Counted from the first letter of the stretch, positions 47,284 to 58,100 are shown. The stretch is DNA of 64,000 bases from Chthoniobacteraceae bacterium (GCA_031409655.1 JANNXQ010000078.1:32001-96000); one strand, 5' to 3'. Translations and numbers: made by a program. The notes: generated by a model not told the origin, from the letters alone.

Positions 47284-47358
47284 GGTGAATTATTTGTGAG
47301 TTCCGTTTTCTGATTCGTGCGCTCGACTTTCACACGGCGGCATCACCTCGCAGCGCTG

Positions 47359-48276
47359 TTACTTCCAGGCAGGCGATGCTTTCGCCTTCTTCGGCCACGC
47401 TTGCGGCTCAATGGAGAGAGGAGCGAAGGTGCTCAGGTCCGGCGTTGCAGTCTTCACGCCTTCCGCGGGCACCTCGAGTTTTGCGGTCCAGACGATGCCA
47501 TTGAGGATGGAGCGGCGGAGGTCTTCGAGCACCCAGTTCTTGTAAAAGTGCGGCATCACCACGGCGAAGCCGCGGCCGGAGTCGGCGCGCTCCACGCACC
47601 ACGAGACCGCCTCCGGCTTCGGCGCGCCGGGCGGCAGCATGGAGGTGGCGAGCACGGTGACATTGGCCGCCGGCTTGTTCCCGTCCGGGCCGAAGTAGTT
47701 ATTCGTGTAGGGCTCGTCGTTCAGCGTGAACTCCCGGCAGCCGCGCCACACCGGGTGCTGCGGCGCGGCGGGCGTGATGGTGGCCTCGGGGAAAATCTTC
47801 GCGAAGGACTCGTGATGGTTACACGAGCGGTTGGCAAAGTAACCACCCATCCAGCGCAACAGCGGATGATCGCCATCGGGCTGCACATCTTCCCCCAACA
47901 AACCCGTGGCGTAATGCACGCAGACGATGCCGCAGCCGCGCTGCATCATGGCGTCGAGATCGGCGAGGTTTTGCGCGGCATTGGGCAGCCGACTGGCGGG
48001 AAAGGTGTCGCCGATGAAGACGATGCTCGCGGCCGCATCGCGCAACTCTTTCGCTGGCCATTCATAGACCACGTCCGCCTTCACGTCGGGCAAGTTGGTC
48101 ATGTGCTCGAGGCAGTGTTTCATCAACCGCCCACCCGCCGCCACCTCGTGCGTGCCGGGCGGATGATTGGTCGGGCCGACGACGATGAGGATGCGCGCCG
48201 GCTCGGCGGCCCGTGACGAACCGCCGATGAGGGACAGCGAGAGCAGTAGTACAGTAAGATTGCGAAGTCGTTTCAT
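47359..48276 (-). CDS. Secreted ThuA-like domain protein
   Basis: 'VGPTNHPPGTHE', 'GIVCVHYA', 'DEPY', 'NGIVWTAKLEVP..GV'. Confidence 0.75.
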   Translation of the reverse strand: MKRLRNLTVLLLSLSLIGGSSRAAEPARILIVVGPTNHPPGTHEVAAGGRLMKHCLEHMTNLPDVKADVVYEWPAKELRDAAASIVFIGDTFPASRLPNAAQNLADLDAMMQRGCGIVCVHYATGLLGEDVQPDGDHPLLRWMGGYFANRSCNHHESFAKIFPEATITPAAPQHPVWRGCREFTLNDEPYTNNYFGPDGNKPAANVTVLATSMLPPGAPKPEAVSWCVERADSGRGFAVVMPHFYKNWVLEDLRRSILNGIVWTAKLEVPAEGVKTATPDLSTFAPLSIEPQAWPKKAKASPAWK

Positions 48277-48490
48277 GGCTCGGTCGGGCAAGATGTTCGG
48301 TGGGGCTCGGGGGAAGCGGATGATGACGGATTTTTCCTGAGTGAACAGGTCGCGGAACGAAGTCCTTACTGCGAGAGATACTGCCGCGCATCAAGTTTGG
48401 TGAAATGAGGCTGCGTCCTTTGGCGTTTGGCGGTTAACCCCGCGCAGGGGCCTCGCGATTCTCCAAACTTAATCCGGCGATGGGCTTTAA

Positions 48491-48632
48491 AACGCAGAGA
48501 CGCAGAGATCGCAGAGATCGCAGAGGAAGGGAACAAAGGCGCTTCCCAAGACGCTCACCCATCGGTTGAACCCATCCGCCGCCTCGACTCCGCTCTCACT
48601 CTGCGTCCTCTGCGTCTTTGCGTCTCTGCGTT
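48491..48632. repeat. Palindromic element made of CGCAGAG(A) tandem units
   Basis: Four CGCAGAG units at 48493-48525 and four inverted CTCTGCG-like units at about 48599-48630; 14-bp terminal inverted repeat AACGCAGAGACGCA / TGCGTCTCTGCGTT. Confidence 0.85.
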
Positions 48633-48739
48633 AAAAATCCCAATCCCGCTTTCAGGCTTATTGCACACCAAGACCTTACCAGAACCAGCGCCGCTCTTCC
48701 ATTTTGGGCTGTGAGATAGGCGGCGCGGGCCAAAGCTGC

Positions 48740-50503
48740 CTACCGCCGCTTCGCCGCCAGGACGGCCTCGATTTTCCCGAGGGGCAGCGTGTTCACCACG
48801 TCATGGCGCGTGAGCCAGCCTTTGCGGGCGGAGCCGATGCCGTTCCACAGATGCTGCAAGCCGCCAGTGCTGTGCGCGTCCGGATTGATCGCACACTTCA
48901 CTCCCTTCTCCTTGGCCAGTGGCCACCAGCGCCATTCCAGATCGAGGCGCCAGGGGCTGGCGTTCAGCTCGATGATCGTGCCGGTCTCGGCCGCCGCCTC
49001 GAGCACGGCGGGCACGTCCACGGCGTAGGCGTCACGCTCCAGGAGCAGGCGCCCGGTGAGGTGACCGAGCATGGTCACGTGGGGGTTCGAGATCGCCTTG
49101 ATGATCCGTTTCGTCATATCGGCTTCAGACAGATTGAAGACGCTGTGTACGGACGCCACCACGTAGTCGAGTTGCGCCAGCACCTCGTCGGCAAAGTCGA
49201 GCGTGCCGTCTTTGTGAATGTCGCACTCGGTCCCGCTGAAGAGGCGGAAGTGTCCGTTGTACGTTTCATTCAGCGCGCGAATCTCGGCGACCTGGGCGAG
49301 GAGCCGCGCTTCGTCCAGTCCGTGCGCCTGGAAGGAGGCCTTCGAGTGATCCGCGATCCCGAGATATTCGAGACCCAACTCCCGCGCCGCGTCGGCCATC
49401 TCCGTGAGCGAGCTGCGTCCATCGCTCGCCGTGGTGTGATTGTGAAAAGTGCCGCGCAAGTTTTCCAAGACGATGAGGTCGGGCAGCGTGTGCTCCTCCG
49501 CGGCTTTGAATTCCCCGCGATCCTCCCGCAACTCCGGCTCCACGTAATCCAGCCCCAGCGCGCGATACAGCTCCGCCTCCTCGCGGATCGTGGGCGGCTC
49601 TTCAGGCGAGCTTCGGATTTCGGATTTCGGATTTTCGAGCGGAGCGAGGCGGTATTCATTCAGCGTCCAGCCGCGCGCCAGCGCCCGCTGCCGCATGATG
49701 ATGTTGTGCTCCTTCGAGCCCGTGAAGTAGTTCAGCGCAAAGGGGAACTCCGCGTCCTTCACCACCCGGAGATCAGCCTGGATGCCTGTTTTCCAGCGCA
49801 CGCTCGATTTGGTGGCGCCGTGCACCAGCACGCTTTCGACCATCTCGTGCTGCACAAAATACTCCGAGACCGCCGCCGGTTCGCGCGTCGAGACGAGGAA
49901 GTCGAGATCGCCCACGGTCTCCTTCCGCCGCCGGTAGCTGCCGCACACATTGACCCGCGTGACGTCGGGCAGGGAGCGGAGATCGTCGATCATCTTCTCC
50001 GCCGCCGCCGCCACATCGCCGAGCCGGAAACGCCCCGCGTATTTCGCCTTCGCTTCGATGGCCGCAAGAATGTTCGCCGCCGTCTTTTTGCCGAAGCCCG
50101 GAAGCTCGGAGATGCGCCCGTCGTCGCACGCCGCCTTGAGTTCCGCGACGGACGTCACGCCGAGTTTGTCCCAGACCGCTTTGATCTTTTTCGGCCCGAG
50201 TCCCTGCACGTCGAAGAGCTCGAAAATCCCCGGTGGAAACTCGCTCTTCAGCTCATCGAAATACGGCAGACGCCCCGTGGTCGCGAGGATCGCCACCTTC
50301 CCCGCGATGCTCGACCCGATGCCCGGCACCGCATCCAGCCGATCCTCCGCCGCCGCGGCCGCGAGGTCGCCCTCGTAAGTTTCCACCGCTCGCGCGGCGT
50401 TCTGGTAGGCGCGGACTTTGAAGGGATTTTCGCCCTTCAGTTCGAGCATCTGCGCGATGCTTTCCAGCGTGTCGGCGATGGCGTCCTTGGTGATCTGCGG
50501 CAT
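48740..50503 (-). CDS. polX: DNA polymerase/3'-5' exonuclease PolX (PolX-PHP)
   Basis: GENPFKVRAY, HhH motifs, GSYRRRKETVGDLD, YFTGSKEHN, PHP motifs HNHTTASDG, DHS, NPDAH. Confidence 0.95.
   Translation of the reverse strand: MPQITKDAIADTLESIAQMLELKGENPFKVRAYQNAARAVETYEGDLAAAAAEDRLDAVPGIGSSIAGKVAILATTGRLPYFDELKSEFPPGIFELFDVQGLGPKKIKAVWDKLGVTSVAELKAACDDGRISELPGFGKKTAANILAAIEAKAKYAGRFRLGDVAAAAEKMIDDLRSLPDVTRVNVCGSYRRRKETVGDLDFLVSTREPAAVSEYFVQHEMVESVLVHGATKSSVRWKTGIQADLRVVKDAEFPFALNYFTGSKEHNIIMRQRALARGWTLNEYRLAPLENPKSEIRSSPEEPPTIREEAELYRALGLDYVEPELREDRGEFKAAEEHTLPDLIVLENLRGTFHNHTTASDGRSSLTEMADAARELGLEYLGIADHSKASFQAHGLDEARLLAQVAEIRALNETYNGHFRLFSGTECDIHKDGTLDFADEVLAQLDYVVASVHSVFNLSEADMTKRIIKAISNPHVTMLGHLTGRLLLERDAYAVDVPAVLEAAAETGTIIELNASPWRLDLEWRWWPLAKEKGVKCAINPDAHSTGGLQHLWNGIGSARKGWLTRHDVVNTLPLGKIEAVLAAKRR
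49612..49632. repeat. In-frame (TTCGGAT)x3 heptamer array inside polX
   Basis: Three perfect copies, 21 bp, encoding NPKSEIR on the minus strand. Confidence 0.8.
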
Positions 50504-50615
50504 GGCTGGAGAAGGTGCCAAGAGAAGGCGCGAGTGCCAAGAGGGGCTTTTCCCCACGAGCCAAAGGCGTCACGGAAAATCTCCGCCGGCTTGCGACGCA
50601 AGTTCTAAGAATTCT

Positions 50616-50634
50616 ATTGCGACAGAATCTCAAT
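50616..50634. promoter_or_regulatory. Putative Fur-type iron box ATTGCGA-CAGAA-TCTCAAT
   Basis: 19-bp 7-5-7 inverted repeat (one mismatch) 27 bp upstream of feoA. Confidence 0.6.
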
Positions 50635-50661
50635 TCCTGATACCTTCACCCCGTTTCCAAG

Positions 50662-50910
50662 ATGTCTAACTCCCGGACCAAGAAGCCTCTGACTCTCGCC
50701 CGCGCCAAATGCGGGGAGCGGCTCCGCGTGGTCCACATCTGCCCGGATTGCAAAGAGTGCCTCCGTCTGCGCGAACTCGGCTTTTATGACTCCGCCGAGG
50801 TGCGCAAGATCTCCGATGGCGCGGCGATCATCTGCTCCCTGATGGGGCTGCGCGTGGCCATCGGGCGCGATCTCGGCGAGCACGTTCACGTCGAGCAGAT
50901 CGCGGCATGA
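50662..50910 (+). CDS. feoA: FeoA-family protein (Cys-rich)
   Basis: 'LRLRELGF....EVR', 'RVAIGRDLGEHVHV'; first gene of the feo operon. Confidence 0.8.
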   Translation: MSNSRTKKPLTLARAKCGERLRVVHICPDCKECLRLRELGFYDSAEVRKISDGAAIICSLMGLRVAIGRDLGEHVHVEQIAA

Positions 50911-51149
50911 CGCCCGAGCCCGCCGAGACCCTCGGCACGCTCGCCATCGGAGGGCGGGGGCGCGTCACCGGTTTTGCGCTGCCGCCCGAGCATCGGCAGC
51001 GGCTGCTCGAGATGGGCCTCACCGTAGGCGCCGAGTTTGAGGTCATCCGTTTTGCCCCGCTCGGCGATCCCATGGAAATCAAGGTGCGCGGCTACCACCT
51101 TTCACTCCGCAAAAACGAGGCGGCCGGCATCCTCATCGCGCGGCTCTAG
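50907..51149 (+). CDS. feoA: Ferrous iron transport protein A
   Basis: 'RLLEMGLTVG.EFEVIRFAPLGDPMEIKVRGYHLSLRKNEA'. Confidence 0.93.
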   Translation: MTPEPAETLGTLAIGGRGRVTGFALPPEHRQRLLEMGLTVGAEFEVIRFAPLGDPMEIKVRGYHLSLRKNEAAGILIARL

Positions 51150-51152
51150 GCC

Positions 51153-53252
51153 ATGAATGCTCCCGCGCCTGCGCCAGTCGGCGAAGTCGTTCGCCACGTT
51201 GCCATCGCCGGCAATCCGAACTGCGGCAAGAGCACCATCTTCAATGGGCTGACCGGCCTGCGGCAAAAGGTGGGCAACTATCCCGGCGTGACCGTGGAGA
51301 AGAAGACGGGGCGCTTTTTCGGCAGCCACGGCGAAGCCATGGAGCTGCTCGACCTGCCGGGCAGCTACAGCCTGCAAGTGCGCTCGCCGGATGAAGCCGT
51401 CGCGCGCGACGTCCTGCTCGGCCGTCTCCCCGGAACGCCACGCCCCGACGCGGTCATCTGCGTGGTCGATGCCTCCAATCTCGAGCGCAATCTCTACCTC
51501 GTGGCGCAGATGCTGGAATTGCAGATCCCCGTCGTCGTCGCCCTGAACATGGTCGATGTAGCGGAGAAAAACGGCCTCGTCATCGACCTCATGGCGTTGC
51601 GGGAAAAGCTCGGGGTGCCGGTCATCCCGACGGTCGCGACCAAAGGCGTCGGCTTCATCGAACTGCGCCAGGCCGTCTCCCGCACGCCGCTGCCGAATCC
51701 CCCGCACTGCGCGCAGATGCCGATCGTCCTCGAACTCGAAACCGTCGCCCTCGCGAAGCAGCTCCCGGTGGCCCAGGAAGTCGCCCGCGGCGAAGCCCTG
51801 CTCCTGCTCACGCTGCACGAGCAGGCCATCGACGAACTCGTGCATCACGACCGCGCCATCATTGCCGCGACCAAGGCTGCCCAGGAACGCCTCCGCGCCG
51901 CCGGGATCGATCCGACCTCCGCGCCCGTCGAAGCCCGCTACCAATGGATCGGTCAGATCTGCTCCGCGGCGCTGCATCGCAGCGGACTGCTCAATGCCGT
52001 CCATCCCTCCGACCGGCTCGACGCCTGGCTCACCCACCGCGTCTGGGGCTGGGTCGCCTTCCTCGCGATGATGACGCTGATGTTCTTCTGCATCTTCACC
52101 GTCGCCGCGTATCCCATGGACTGGATCGACGCTGGCATCGGGGCTCTGGGAAAATGGGTCGGCGACCTGCTGCCGGAGAGCGATCTGCGCTCGCTGATCA
52201 CCGACGGCGTGATTGCCGGCGTGGGCGGCGTCGTCATTTTTCTCCCGCAAATTCTCATCCTCTTTTTCTTCCTCGGGATCCTCGAAGACACCGGCTACAT
52301 GGCCCGCGCCGCCTTCATCATGGACCGGCTGATGTCCCGGGTCGGCCTGCACGGCAAGTCCTTCATCCCGATGCTCAGTTCCTTTGCCTGCGCCATCCCC
52401 GGCATCATGGCCACGCGGACCATCGAGAACCGCAAGGACCGCCTCGTCACCATCCTCGTCGCACCGCTCATGAGCTGCTCGGCACGGCTGCCAGTCTATG
52501 CGCTGATGATCGCCGTATTCATCCCCATGGCGTCGGCCCTGGGAAAAGCGGGCATCATGCTCGCGATGTACCTCCTCGGGATTTTCGCCGCCTTCGCGAT
52601 GGCCTGGCTTTTCAAAAAGACCCTGCTCCGCGGAGAGACCCCGATGCTCCTGCTCGAGATGCCGCCCTACCGGATGCCCGCCTGGCGCACCGTGCTCCTG
52701 CGGATGTGGGAACGCGGCCTCCTCTTCCTGCGCCGCGCAGGCACCGTGATTCTCGCGCTCTCCATCCTGCTCTGGGCGCTGGCCACGTATCCGAAGCCGA
52801 GCAATCCCGACACGCCCGCCTCCGAAGCCATCGCCCACAGCTTTGCCGGAAAGATGGGGCACGCCATCGAGCCGCTCATCGCGCCACTCGGCTACGATTG
52901 GAAGATCGGGATCGGTCTCATCGCCAGCTTCGCCGCCCGCGAAGTTTTCGTCGGCACCATGTCTATCGTCTATGCCGTCGAGAGTGGTGACGACGAGGAT
53001 ATCACCCCGCTCCGCGACGTGATGATTGGCGAGATCCACGAGAACGGCGCACCCGTCTTCACGCCGCTCGTTTGCATCGGCCTCATGGTCTTCTACGTTC
53101 TCGCCATGCAATGCATCAGCACCGTGGCCATCGTCCGCCGGGAAACGAACACCTGGCGCTGGCCGCTCTTTCAAATCGCCTACATGACCGCCCTCGCATG
53201 GCTCGGCGCCTTCGTCGTGTATCGAGGTGGTCAACTCTTCGGCTGGCAATGA
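51153..53252 (+). CDS. feoB: Ferrous iron transporter B
   Basis: GNPNCGKS, VGNYPGVTVE, DLPGSYSL, NMVD, LEDTGYMARAA, CSARLPVY, FAAREV. Confidence 0.97.
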   Translation: MNAPAPAPVGEVVRHVAIAGNPNCGKSTIFNGLTGLRQKVGNYPGVTVEKKTGRFFGSHGEAMELLDLPGSYSLQVRSPDEAVARDVLLGRLPGTPRPDAVICVVDASNLERNLYLVAQMLELQIPVVVALNMVDVAEKNGLVIDLMALREKLGVPVIPTVATKGVGFIELRQAVSRTPLPNPPHCAQMPIVLELETVALAKQLPVAQEVARGEALLLLTLHEQAIDELVHHDRAIIAATKAAQERLRAAGIDPTSAPVEARYQWIGQICSAALHRSGLLNAVHPSDRLDAWLTHRVWGWVAFLAMMTLMFFCIFTVAAYPMDWIDAGIGALGKWVGDLLPESDLRSLITDGVIAGVGGVVIFLPQILILFFFLGILEDTGYMARAAFIMDRLMSRVGLHGKSFIPMLSSFACAIPGIMATRTIENRKDRLVTILVAPLMSCSARLPVYALMIAVFIPMASALGKAGIMLAMYLLGIFAAFAMAWLFKKTLLRGETPMLLLEMPPYRMPAWRTVLLRMWERGLLFLRRAGTVILALSILLWALATYPKPSNPDTPASEAIAHSFAGKMGHAIEPLIAPLGYDWKIGIGLIASFAAREVFVGTMSIVYAVESGDDEDITPLRDVMIGEIHENGAPVFTPLVCIGLMVFYVLAMQCISTVAIVRRETNTWRWPLFQIAYMTALAWLGAFVVYRGGQLFGWQ

Positions 53253-53404
53253 ACCCCGCGCTCGACCAACTCCTCGTGGCCGCGCTGATCCTCGGCGCGC
53301 TCGGCTTTTTCCTCACACGATTCCTGCGGAAGCGCTCCTCCGGCAAAGCGTGCGGCAGCGACTGCGGCGGGACGACGAAATCGACGCCCAAGATCCGCCC
53401 GTAA
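53249..53404 (+). CDS. FeoB-associated Cys-rich membrane protein
   Basis: 51 aa, TM helix followed by 'KACGSDCGG'; ATGA overlap with feoB. Confidence 0.75.
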   Translation: MNPALDQLLVAALILGALGFFLTRFLRKRSSGKACGSDCGGTTKSTPKIRP

Positions 53405-53621
53405 GCATCGGGAGCGGCAGTAGCGTCTTACTTTTTCTCCTCCTTGTGGGAGATTATTTGCGCGACCCGCCGCCCCAACACGCGTCCGTTTCCTGGTCGT
53501 GCGTTTTCATAGATCAGGGTCGTGTGGCTCCGCCGCTCTCATCGAGCGCGACGGTGGTATCCCTCCGGACTCTGGCGGATGCCGATGATCGGCTTCTCGG
53601 ACACCCCCAGCGCTAATATTG

Positions 53622-53640
53622 TCGCAATTAAATTGCATTA
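53622..53640. promoter_or_regulatory. Putative Fur-family (Zur-like) box centred on GCAAT-TAA-ATTGC
   Basis: AT-rich palindrome about 30 bp upstream of a His-rich barrel gene. Confidence 0.45.
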
Positions 53641-53669
53641 GCGGGCCGACTTCGGATAACCCTGCCCAC

Positions 53670-54530
53670 ATGAATGCACGTAGCTTCTTTACACCCCTGT
53701 TCCTTGCCTGCGGCACCTGCTGCTTCGCCCACGAATTTCCCGGACATCCTGAGCACGACCACGGAGCTTCCACGATCGTAGGATCGGAGCTTTACGTCGG
53801 GCAGCGCGGCTACTGGCACGCTGGCTTGGGCGTGAGCATGCCGCTCGGGAAAAATCTCTCGCTGGAGATTGGCGCTCATCTCGTTCGCGAAGAAACCGAC
53901 GCCACCGAAGTGCCGTCGTTTGAGGCGGAGTTGATTCGCGAGTTCGCAGATGGGTGGGAACTTGAGGTCTTCGGCTTTGGCTACTCCAAAGTGGAGCAGA
54001 AGGAAGCCTGGGGGGTGGGGCTGCGCGCCACGAAGTGCTTCGCGCTCCAGGACGGCATCTTCGTGTCGCCATTTTTCGGACCGGCGTACGCCCGAGTGCG
54101 GGCCGGTGACGAGGGCGCGGCGAAGGTTGTGACGGTGCAGCACCTGCTCGCGCTCGGAGGCGTCACTTTCGAGGCCGGCCCCGTCTCCGCGACCTTCGTC
54201 GGAAGCTATTCCTTCTACGACCGAGACCCTGCGGGCCTCGAGACTCCAGTCGATTTCGAGAGCATGAGTCACTTCGCTGCCTATGAAAACAACGACGGCT
54301 TTCCCCAGGGCACCTTCGCTGTCGAGATCGCTTACGAAGTGGCGGATTGGCTGACCCTGCATGCCCGCTACGCGACGCTGCTCTTCGCCGACGAAACGCG
54401 GCACGCTGTGGCTTTCACTCCAGCGGTGAAAATCGGCGAGCGCGTCGAGTTCACGGGCGGCTTCCAATGGCTGCGCGGTGGCGAGGCGGAGAACGACCTC
54501 GCGTTCGCCGGACTGTCCGTTTCGTTTTGA
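53670..54530 (+). CDS. Putative outer-membrane beta-barrel with a His-rich N-terminus
   Basis: Signal peptide, HEFPGHPEHDHG, alternating amphipathic strands, C-terminal Phe (LSVSF). Confidence 0.65.
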   Translation: MNARSFFTPLFLACGTCCFAHEFPGHPEHDHGASTIVGSELYVGQRGYWHAGLGVSMPLGKNLSLEIGAHLVREETDATEVPSFEAELIREFADGWELEVFGFGYSKVEQKEAWGVGLRATKCFALQDGIFVSPFFGPAYARVRAGDEGAAKVVTVQHLLALGGVTFEAGPVSATFVGSYSFYDRDPAGLETPVDFESMSHFAAYENNDGFPQGTFAVEIAYEVADWLTLHARYATLLFADETRHAVAFTPAVKIGERVEFTGGFQWLRGGEAENDLAFAGLSVSF

Positions 54531-54590
54531 TCGGTCGAATTTTTCTCGGAAGACGAACCAAGCCCGCAACTCAGTGGGCACGAGGGGTGG

Positions 54591-55064
54591 TTACTTTTTC
54601 TTGTCGTCGTGCGCGTGGTCGCAGATGCAGGCGTATTCCTGATATTTGCACGTCGGACACTTCTCTAGGTTCAGGTTGAACTTCTCGTAGGTGGCCTTGG
54701 CGCTCGCGTTCGCCTTGATGCTCACGGAGACGGGGTAGTCATTGCCCGCGGGGAGCGTGTTGCTGGAGACGAGTTTGCCGCCGTCTTCCTTGAACTCGAG
54801 CTTCGTCGGCTTGCTGCGATCGCCGGCGGTCACGGCGATGACCTGGCCGCTCAGCTTCGCGGCTTTGAGGTCGTCGGTCAGCGCGGTGATTTCGACTTTG
54901 CGATCCTTGGTGACGAAGAACTCAAGGTGCGGTTCGACGGCGGTGATGACGCGGCCGCCACTGGGGCCGGCTTCCTTCTTTTCGTGTTTGTGCTCTTTCT
55001 CCGCGGCGAAGGCCGGGACGGCAAGCGCGAGGATGGTGAGGAGTTTCAGGGCGATGGATTTCAT
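54591..55064 (-). CDS. Secreted His/Cys-rich metal-binding protein at the end of the RND operon
   Basis: Signal peptide, EHKHE, 'GPSGGR...PHLEF', C-terminal CPTCKYQEYACICDHAH. Confidence 0.7.
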   Translation of the reverse strand: MKSIALKLLTILALAVPAFAAEKEHKHEKKEAGPSGGRVITAVEPHLEFFVTKDRKVEITALTDDLKAAKLSGQVIAVTAGDRSKPTKLEFKEDGGKLVSSNTLPAGNDYPVSVSIKANASAKATYEKFNLNLEKCPTCKYQEYACICDHAHDDKKK

Positions 55065-55149
55065 GTGGTTTGTGTTTCGGGTTTTGCTTTTTGGTTTGGA
55101 AAAGGTGGGCCGCCGTGGTGTCCAAACCGGCACCGCGGCGGAGAGGGTT

Positions 55150-58100
55150 TTAGTGCGCGGCGCCGGCTTCGCGCTCGACGGCGGCGAGCGCGGCTTTGCG
55201 GCCGAAGGTGTAGAAGACGGTCGGTGTGACGCCGAGGCCGAGCAGGGTGCTGGTGATGAGTCCGCCGACGATGACAACGGCGACCGGGTGGAGGATTTCC
55301 TTGCCCGGCTGATCGGCGGCGAGGACGAGCGGGATGAGGCCGATGCCCGCGGCGAGCGCGGTCATGAGCACGGGCACGAGCCGTTCCTTGGTCCCGCGGA
55401 TGACCATCTCGCGGGTGAAGCTTTCCCCTTCCACCGCCATCAGATGCAGGAAGTGGCTGATCAACATGATCGAATTGCGCGCCGCAACTCCGGCCACCGC
55501 GATGAATCCGACCAACGTGGCGATGCTGATATTGCCCAGTTTCAGGTAGGTGAAGACGAGGCCGCCGACGAGCGCGAGCGGGATGTCGAGGAGCACTTGC
55601 GCCGCGAAGAAAGGCGTCTTGAAATAGCCATAGAGCAGAAAGGCGATGACCACGAGCACCAGCGCGGAGAAGAGGACGATGCGCTGCGTGGCTTCCTGCT
55701 GCGCCTGGAATTCGCCCTCGTAGGTAATGAAGTATCCCTCTGGCAGCTTCACCTTTTCGGTGACTTCCTTTTGCAGCCGCTGCACGAGCACGCCGACATC
55801 GCGCACCGTCGGTTTGATCGCGATGGTGAAACGCCGCTGGCTGTTTTCGCGGAAGATGACGTTCGGCCCTTTGGCCTCGCGAACATCCGCGACGAGTGAA
55901 AGCGGGATGCGCTGGCCGGTAGTAGTCTCGACGGGAAGCTGCGCAATCTTGTCTGGCGAATCGCGCCAGTCGATCGGCAGGCGCAGAACGAGATTCACGG
56001 CGCGCTGGCCTTCGCGCAGTTCGGCGACTTCCTTGCCGCCGATCAGCGCGGAGAGCTGTTCGTTGAGGTGTCCGGGGGCGATGCCATAGGCGGCGGCGCG
56101 GTCGCGGTCGGCCTCGATGCGGAGCTGCGGGATGCTCGATTGCTGGTCGAGTTTCGCATCTTCAAAACCGGGGATGGTCTTCGCGATGGTCTGGACTTCG
56201 ATCCCGAGCTGGCGGAGCTTGTCGAGGTCCGGGCCGAAGATCTTCAGCGCCACCGGTGCGCTCACGCCGGAGAGCATGTGGCCGATGCGATCGGCAAGCG
56301 GGCCGCCGATCGCGGCGAAGATGCCGGGCACGGAACGGACGCGCTGGCTCACCTCTTCGATAATCTCCTTCCGGCCGCGTGCCTGGCCACCGAGGTGTCC
56401 CTCGGCTTCGCGAAAGTCCACGTCGAACTCCGCGGTGGAAACGGGGACGACGTGATCGCCGCGTTCCGCGCGGCCGAGGCGGCGTCCGACTTTGCGCACT
56501 TCCGGCACGGAGAGGATCTGTTGTTCGATGACATCGGAGATCTTGTTCATCTCCTCCAGGGAAGTACCGGGCGCGGACGTCGCGGCGATGAGCAGCGTCT
56601 CTTCCTTGAAGGCGGGGAGGAAATCCTTGCTCATCTGCGGATAGAGCGAGAATGCGCCGATGACGATCAGCAGCACCATGGCAAGGAGCAGATACGGCTG
56701 GCTCAGGCCAAAGCGCAGGAGGGTGTTTTCGAGCAGCCACTTCATCCGTCGCACGAGCGAGCCGTCCTGGTGTTCGCCGTCGTGCCTGGGATTGAGCAGG
56801 AAGGAGCAGAGCACCGGGATGGCCGTGAGCGAGACGACGAACGACGCGATCATCGAAATGATCGTCGCGATGGCGATGGGTGCGAAGAGCTTGCCCTCGA
56901 CGCCGGTCAGCCCGAGCAGCGGCAGGAAGACGAGGATGATGAGGATGGTTGCGTAGAGGATCGAATTTCGCACTTCCCCCGAAGCCGCGGCGATGACGTG
57001 CAGCTTCGGACGCGGATGCGGCGACGCGGCATTCTCGCGCAGCCGGCGGAAGACATTTTCCACATCGACGATGGCGTCATCGACGACCATGCCGATGGCG
57101 ACCGCGAGACCACCGAGGGTCATCGAATTCACCGAGATGCCGAACCACTTGAACGTCAGCATGGTGATCGCAAACGAGAGCGGCATCGCCATGAGCGTGA
57201 TGAAGGTCGTGCGGAAATTCAGCAGGAAGAGAAAGATGACGATGGTCACCATGATCGCGCCGTCGCGGATGGCTTCCGTGAGATTGCCGATGGCGTGGTC
57301 GATGAAGTCCTTTTGCTGAAAGAGCAGCGTGGTCTCGACGCCTTTGGGAAACGTGGACTTCAGCTCTTCGAGCGCGGTCTTGATCTGCCCGGTGAGCGCG
57401 CGGGTGTCGAAGCCCGGCGCTTTCGTGATCGACATGATGACGCCGTAGGTCGGCGACTTCTCCGGGTGCTGACTCACCGTCGCGTCGCCGCGCATCGGCT
57501 CGATGCCCCACACGACTTTCGCCACGTCCGAGATGAGGATGGGCCGGTCGTTGATCTTCTTGATGACGGTGCGCCCGATGTCGTCGAGCTGCGTGGTCAT
57601 GGCCAGATTGCGCACCATGATCTCCGTCGGGCCGGTATTGATGAAACCGCCGGTGCTGGTGCTCGCGGCCTCGCCCGCGGCGTGCGCCAATTCATCGAAG
57701 CCCACGTCATTCGCCTGCATCCGAAACGGATCGGGCTGAATCTCGATCTGTTTCACCCCGCCACCCATGTTCAGAATTTCCGCGATGCCGGAGACGCTTT
57801 GCAGCCGGCGCTTGATCGACCAGTCGGCCAGCGCGCGCACCTCGCGCGGCGCAAGGTAACCGGGCTCGCCTTCCTTGATCGTCGAGCGCACGCCGACGAG
57901 CAGGATCTCGCCCATGAGCGAAGCGACCGGTGTCATGAACGGCTGCACGCCCTCGGGCAGTTGTTCGCGCACGCCTTGCATCCGCTCCTGCACGAGCATC
58001 CGCGCCTGGTAGATGTCGGTGTCCCAGCCGAACTCCGCATAGACGAGCGAGAGCGACACGTCGGAATTCGAGCGCAACCGCGTCAGCCCCGCGACACCCA

